This document shows, piece after piece, positions 57,962 through 64,000 of a DNA stretch of 64,000 nucleotides. The stretch comes from the human T2T-CHM13v2.0 reference genome, Homo sapiens, in NCBI GenBank assembly GCA_009914755.4, contig CP068257.2, forward strand, positions 6,528,001 to 6,592,000, written 5' to 3'. The translations under genes were made by a program, and so were the position numbers. A model generated the notes under the pieces. That model searched no databases, was not told where the DNA came from, and worked only from the letters and a program-made list of their open reading frames with translations. Every line of letters starts with the position of its first letter. Within the stretch, counting starts at the first letter, position 1.

Positions 57962-60889
57962 TAAAATCATGTATATGCAATAGATCAATATTAACTGCAT
58001 TTTTGTCAGATTACTCTAAACAACATTACACATATACATCCTCTGTTATCTAATCTTAAAATAAGTAGAAATTTTACTTTATTTATGTGATTATTTTTCT
58101 ATTTAAGCAAACTTCAAGTTACGTCTAGTCACTAAAAATACTAAAGGCCACATTTTGTAAGTGATGTCTTATTTTTATGATAATGTTTCTTGTTTAACTT
58201 AAACATTATTATTATTTTTACTTATTTTAGATGGAGCCGGACTGTGTAGAACAAATAATTAGAGAAACAAAGAGAAGTACGTTGCCAAAATTTATTAATG
58301 AAATTTAGGTTTATTTTAGAAATAAAGTGTAAAAAGCAAATGGCATTCCTTTTCATTCTTGGGTTAGTAGATACTACATCAATATTTTTTTTCTTACACA
58401 CATCTAATGAAAGATGTGAAAACAGAAACTTTCACAGAGAAGACTGTACTTATACACCATAAATTCATCATGTTCCAAAGCTTAAACAGTTCCCAAGAAG
58501 TCTGTGCATCTCTTTTTCACTGGCTCTACACTTTCTTAAGTTTTGCCATCCTCATGGAACTGTCAGCCAGCACACTGAAACGATTCTCAGAAAACAAAAG
58601 CATCATCAAGTTCTCAGGGTTTCGGTAGAGATTGAAGGCCAACAGACCTAAGACTCATTCAGAAATACTTAGCTGAGCAATAACCCTTCATAAGCAGTCA
58701 CTTGACAGGTGACATTTTAAATCTCCTGTCAATTACTATGTCATTGGCTTACACTTGCTCTCAGGAAAAGTTCCAAATTTTTCACCATGAAATAAAAACA
58801 CCCATATCAAAGTAATTCTCGTCAAGTTACTCAGCCTTGTCTCTCGCCACTTACTGCACTCTGTCCTTTGCTCTAGCACCAAACTGGATGGAGTGGAACT
58901 CTGCAGGGCTCTTCCTCACCTCTGGCTCTTTGCCTTCCCCTCTTCCCTCTATCTGGGAAGCTTTTTCTTGTCCTTCAGGTATCAACCTATGTTATCTCCT
59001 CCACCAGAAAGCCCATGATATTGACATAAAAGTGGGTAGATGTCCCTTCTATGTGTTCCAGTAGTGCCCTGCTGTATACCTGTCATGATATCTTTGACTC
59101 TATATGGACATTGCCTGCCTGTCTGTTTTTTTAGGTTATAGCATATGACTGTTGGGAGGTGGACCATGCCATCTTCATCTTGTAATTCCAGTGCTGGTTC
59201 TAGTACCTTAGCATGTGGCTGTTGATTACATGAATGAAGAATGAAAAACTCTGATATTTAAACACAATTAGAATTAATGCCATGTGTAAATTATTAAATA
59301 GTAATTTTGTATTGTAAATGCACATACATATTTCTCATTCTTATTAACTCTGATAAAGTTATCAACTCTTTAGTTTTTAAACGCACACTTAGTCAACTGA
59401 AGTGTTTTAAGTAAAGAACATAATTCTTTATTTTTCTTTCCAGCTGCTGCTGTGTTGGACACTTGCTCCCATCTACTTTCTTCTCTAGAATCCACGGGTA
59501 AGCCACATCTAACGAAGAGAATATTTAACCATAATGTCTTAAAGAAAAATTGTATGATTTAAAAGATTATAAAACTTTATTACTGGGCTATTTACACATT
59601 TTAGTTGTTTCTCATAAAATGTATAACATTACAATATTTACTGAAGTAGGATATTTTTGTATGATATATATGATGATAATTTATAGGGTATTTTAAATGA
59701 TGTTTTTTAGCATCCTTAAGTTTTAAGTGGATCTTGCAAATGAAAACCAGTATTATTGAGCTTGACATACTCAAATTGCCCAAATGTCAGCTGTTTAAAC
59801 AACCAAGTCATCATTGATACTTTAGTAAAGGTTAGTAAAGGTCATCGAAGGCTTATTTGCATTTTACAGTTTTTATTACTTAGGAGAGTTAAGGAGTACC
59901 TGCCAGGTTTGTCCATGCTAATGTTATGATTTTCTTTTTGTAGTTCAACCGTATTTTGTATGGAGATACTTTGAGGCTCTGTAAATATCTTGTTACTCCT
60001 CAGAACCCACTAGATTTAGCATTTCATGGATGACTTGTGTTTGAACAATTATTACTTTGATGGTTGCCAGATGATTATTTTCTTATTGTCTTCTTTGTTC
60101 TACATGGAGAAATAAAACCAATAAATAAGGGAGAAGGAAAGCTCTTGATTCTGATGCTTCAATTCCCCAAGATTAGGCCAGTAGTAGACATTCCAAGCTG
60201 ACTTTATGTCTCTTTGATTTGTCTCCATTACTCTGTCAGCACTTTTTTAATTTCTGGCAGAAGATGTTCTAAGCTCATCTTGTATTTTCTCTGCCCCAGA
60301 TCTGGAATGAGTAATTTTTTTTAGAAGCAGAGGTGGAGCCAATGAGGAAGCACAGGTGAGCCCTCCCCAGTGTGTACTCACTGGTCCCCAACAGAAGAAC
60401 CGCTGCCACATCCACTGAGGTACCAGGAAACTAGCAAATGGCCTTCTGGCTGTCTGGAGAGAGTCCTCATGTGGTCCCTGGCTGAGCCTCAGAGGTTCTG
60501 GATTAGTCTTCCTGTAGCCTCTGTGTTGTGTCTTTAGATCGGGGCTATATGGGAAGGGCCCTGGGAGACCCAACAGCACAGTGTGTCTCATCTGCCAAAC
60601 GTCCCTCCCTTCCTCACACTCTGACACTCAGGAATAGGGTAGATGGTGTGTCCAGGCAGTGTCAGGCCACCTCACTTTCTCCTTTGAGACGGGCCCAGAG
60701 GGCCTTTGGGGTGAGTGTGGAGCTGGGAACCTGGAGCCTGAGGCCAACTGTCTCTCCCTGTGTCTTGGAGGAAAGGCCATGTCTCAAAAAAACCCCCAGG
60801 GCCTGACCTCTGGGTACACATGCAGGGAGGGAGGGTCTATGAGCTGAGGGGGACATTGTAATGAGACTTTGAGCCCCGTTGCTCATGGG

Positions 60890-61500
60890 CCTGGTCAGCG
60901 GACCATGGTCAGAGATGACCTGGTCATCAGGACCTAGTCATGTGGGACCTGATCAGCAGGGGCCTGGTTAGTGGCGGCCTCCTCAGTAAAGTCCTCATCA
61001 GTGGGGACCTGGTGACCTAATCATTGGAAGCCTGGTCAGTGGGGGGACCTAGTCAGTGGTGGCCTTATTAGTGGGGCCTGATCAGTTGGAACATAAACAA
61101 TGAAAAACTGGTTGGTGAGGCATATACAGTATACCAGAGGCCTGGTCAGTGTGGGGCCTTAGTGGCTTGGAGCCTGGTCAATGAGGGTCTGGTCAGAGGG
61201 GGCTCGGTCAGCTAGGGACTCATCCATGGAGAATTGTTCAGTGGGGGGTTGGGTCAGCAGCAACCTGGTAAATTGTGGTCTTGTCAGTGGGAACCCAGTC
61301 TGGTCAGTGGGGACCAGGTCAGTGGAAAATTGGTCAGTGGGGTCTGGTCCATGAGGCCTATTAAGTGTGGGCCTGGTTAGGAAGACATGGTCAGTGGGGA
61401 CTTGATCAGTGGGACCTGGTCAATGGAGGAGTGGTCATTAGGGGCCTCATCACTCATCACTGGGAACCTGGTCAGGGATGATTGGTCAGTACGTGGCCTG
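60890..61500. repeat. Minisatellite, degenerate ~17-bp unit (gg(g/a)cctggtcagtggg), about 35 copies
   Basis: …gggcctggtcagcggaccatggtcagagatgacctggtcatcaggacctagtcatgtgggacctgatcagcaggggcctggttagtgg…. Confidence 0.7.
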
Positions 61501-61857
61501 CTGGCCACTATGTGACCTTAGGCAGGGGGCTTTTCTCTGTCACCTCCTTGCCTCCATCTGCAGGGAAGGTGAGTCAGGGCACCCTAGAGGGTGGCTGGAA
61601 AGAGAAGGTGAGAAGATGTGTTGAATCCAATACTGCTTGACAAACCTACAACTTTACAAATGACCTGTGTTCCACCTAGAGAGGGTGCCAGCCCTCTCAG
61701 CAGTATGCAGTGCCTCTCCTCTCTCTTCATCCCCAGGACCACCATGGGTGGGGAGGGCAGAGATTGGGGAGCACCTATAGAGGCTCTAATGTTCTAAGGT
61801 GAAAGTGATGAGGACCTGGGTGCACCCATGAGTGGAGAAGCTAGGCCTGTCCAGAGA

Positions 61858-61925
61858 AGCAAGACAAACACACACATACACGCGCACACACACACAGGCA
61901 CACATGCGTACACAAACACATTGTA
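61858..61925. repeat. Imperfect (CA)n-type microsatellite
   Basis: aaacacacacatacacgcgcacacacacacaggcacacatgcgtacacaaacaca. Confidence 0.75.
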
Positions 61926-62879
61926 TATACACGTCAGTTCAAGGGATAGAGGACACTGACTCTGAGCCCTGTTGACCCAAGCAGGCTCCCGTTGTGGTGG
62001 GTTGTCAACCCACAATATCACTCTTCCTGAGTCCCCATCGCCTCTGTGTTGTGGAGAAGTTAGAGACACACAGCAGTGTCTGTGAGTAGCTCTGCATGAA
62101 GGACCATTTTCTAGATGACAGACACATCTCAACACAGCTCACTGATCAGACTCAGGTGAGTGGGACCTGCTCTCCTCTCTTCCTCCTGGCTTGGGGACAG
62201 TCACTATCAGGTGGGTGGTTTTGGCCTCTGGGCAGCTACTGAGGGTAATCTCTGAACACTCACCGGGTGCCTGTTTTGTGCTGACAGTCGTCTCATTCAT
62301 CCTCACAGCAATTCCATTCTGCATTTTTCTCATCACCCCCCTGACCACCCAAGACAACCCCATCAGGGCCCTGTCACCAGGCCCAGTCCAGTTCCATGAT
62401 AACCAAGACACAGGTCCAGAGACAACCGTCCTGCATCGTGCCTGCATCTGATCCCCCTTGGTGGGTAGTGACCAGCACAACATGGAAGAAGCCAGGGCAG
62501 CATGCAGCTCTGCAGCCCCAGATGGCTCCTGGGCCTTGGGAAGTCATTCTTAAAAGGGAAGCTGGTCACTTTGAGGTCCCTGAAAGGAAGGGTAAACGTA
62601 CATCCCAAAAGCCCTGGCAGCCGGCAGCCAGCAGCCAGCAGCATGGCATACATCTTCTCACCCAACCTGTGTGACAGAGGCCCCCTCCTGGAACACAAGC
62701 CCCATACCTAAAGCATCCTGTCCCAGTCGGACCTCATCCTGAGCCCTGGGAGGGGAGGGGCACCATGGGTTCCCTGCAGCAGCCAGGATTACCACCCAGG
62801 GGACTCGGCCTTCTGTGGCCCTGGCCAGACTTAGAATTTGGCCCAAGACAAGCTTACTCGGAGCAACTTCTCAGTACCT

Positions 62880-63215
62880 GGGGCCTGTGCATGCCAGGTA
62901 AGGACAAGCTGGCTCAAAGAGCAACCAGCTACCTCTGCAAGGGTGTGCCAGGAGCAGGTGGAGCAGTCACCAACCTCACCCACTCAAGGAAACAGGGATG
63001 GCCAGGTTCCCACAGTCTGAATGACCACCACCTGACAGCTGATGGAGTGGAGGCCTGAGGAAAAGCAGATGGCACTGGGGTTCTACCTCCAGGGCAGAGT
63101 AACTGATTTACCCTGGCTGGCAGGGAGTGACGTTGGTGGCTGGTCTATTGGCTCCTGGCACACACTTGCAGAGGTGGCTGGTTGCTCTTTGAGCCAGCTT
63201 GGCTTTGCCTGGGAT
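62880..63215. repeat. Short inverted repeat pair (arms about 62885-62960 and 63140-63215)
   Basis: agctggctcaaagagcaaccagctacctctgcaagggtgtgccagg versus its reverse complement cctggcacacacttgcagaggtggctggttgctctttgagccagct. ORFs on opposite strands share SWLKEQPATSA. Confidence 0.65.
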
Positions 63216-63394
63216 GCATAGGACTCAGTGCAACAAATGTGCTGCAAATGGAGCCACATAGAGGAAAGGAGCAGCAGGCTCAGGAGCGGGGTGTGTGCCA
63301 CCTTTGGGGCTCCAGTCCATGCATAGGGGCTTCTACAGCACTGTGGGCTTCTCAGGTGCCAAGAGGCAGAACACAGGCCATCTGGAGGATGACT

Positions 63395-64000
63395 CTGGTA
63401 AGAGCTTCCTTGGGTATGTGGATGATGTCCAGAATGTTGGCCTGGTGTCCCTGAGACAGCACTAACAGGTCCATGACTGGGTCCAGGTCCTGCCTGGGCT
63501 GATTGGCAAAGAGCTCATTGACAGTGTGGAATGCATCTATGGTGAAGTGGATCTATGTTCAAGTGCAGAAAGGGCCCAATCTGGTAGATGAACCACACAA
63601 CCAGCGTCTGGGTGCAGGCACAGTGCCACATTTTTTGTCACTTCCTGATGTACCCCACCAGCACTGAAGAGACAGCCTGGAGACAGGGCAAGAGGAAGGC
63701 TGAGAAGGATGAGATGGTGAGTGCCAGATTCTTCCTGGCCCTGAGCCCTCCCTCAGAGTGACACTCAACCTTTAGGAGTGGGAGAGCAAGATTGACGGCT
63801 TCAAGTGCTTCACCAAGAAGATGGACAACAGGGCTCTCAGTTCAACTTCACAGCCAATGAGTGGTGACAGGCTTTAAGAAAGAGCATCTTCCACATTGTC
63901 AGTGAGCTCTTTGCCAATCAGTCCAGGCAGGACCCCGACCCAGCCATGGGCCTGTTAGTGCTGTCTCAGGGACACAAGACCAACATCTTGGACATCATCC
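63395..64000. repeat. Inverted repeat pair with ~150-bp arms (63395-63560 and 63860-64000); the right arm runs to the window edge
   Basis: The left arm reverse-complemented matches the right arm at about 85-90%. Both encode (I/T)V(S/N)ELFANQ(S/P)RQD(P/L)DP(A/V)M(G/D)LLVLSQGH(K/Q)(T/A)NILDII on their respective strands. Confidence 0.65.

Noticed and set aside
59446-59497. The resemblance between …SSLEST|gtaagc here and …SALEST|gtgaga in the MAQVA exon
   Set aside because: It is only a 5-6-residue coincidence. No other similarity links the two, and they are likely unrelated.

Overview
Primate (human-like) genomic DNA, extremely repeat-dense, with the look of a pericentromeric or subtelomeric segmental-duplication region. 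No prokaryotic features. More than 30 Alu SINEs and several L1 fragments of different ages make up the background. Five non-TE structures stand out. (1) A ~6.3-kb unit present as one inverted partial copy plus two direct copies (about 5470-19530). Each copy carries a TATA/CpG promoter-like segment, CA/GT and CAGA microsatellites, and a ~3-kb intronless ORF made of diverged 141-bp (47-aa) Ser/Thr/Pro-rich tandem repeats. The ORF is intact at 716 aa only in the inverted copy, which is 3'-truncated at a junction with an L1; the two direct copies are broken by a shared nonsense codon and by frameshifts. (2) A ~215-bp GC-rich satellite array (19.5-21.7 kb), followed by GC-rich minisatellites and a degenerate (TTAGGG)n-like block. 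(3) A ~3.8-kb array of a ~75-bp satellite (46.8-50.7 kb). Each monomer holds a perfect 32-bp palindrome, and the array switches orientation twice. (4) Three or more consecutive coiled-coil exons with good splice sites (52.1-54.7 kb). They are tentatively assigned to the pericentromeric ANKRD26-like/ANKRD20A/ANKRD30/CCDC144 family, and one exon carries an in-frame stop, so likely a pseudogene. (5) A duplicated ~500-bp segment (29.1 and 31.1 kb) holding a short acidic ORF that starts with MAQVA and ends at a consensus splice donor. Also present: a GC-rich ~300-bp tandem repeat bracketed by a 150-bp L1-derived direct duplication, a 17-bp minisatellite, and two inverted-repeat pairs at the 3' end of the window. 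Family-level calls rest on sequence memory rather than database searches and should be treated as hypotheses.
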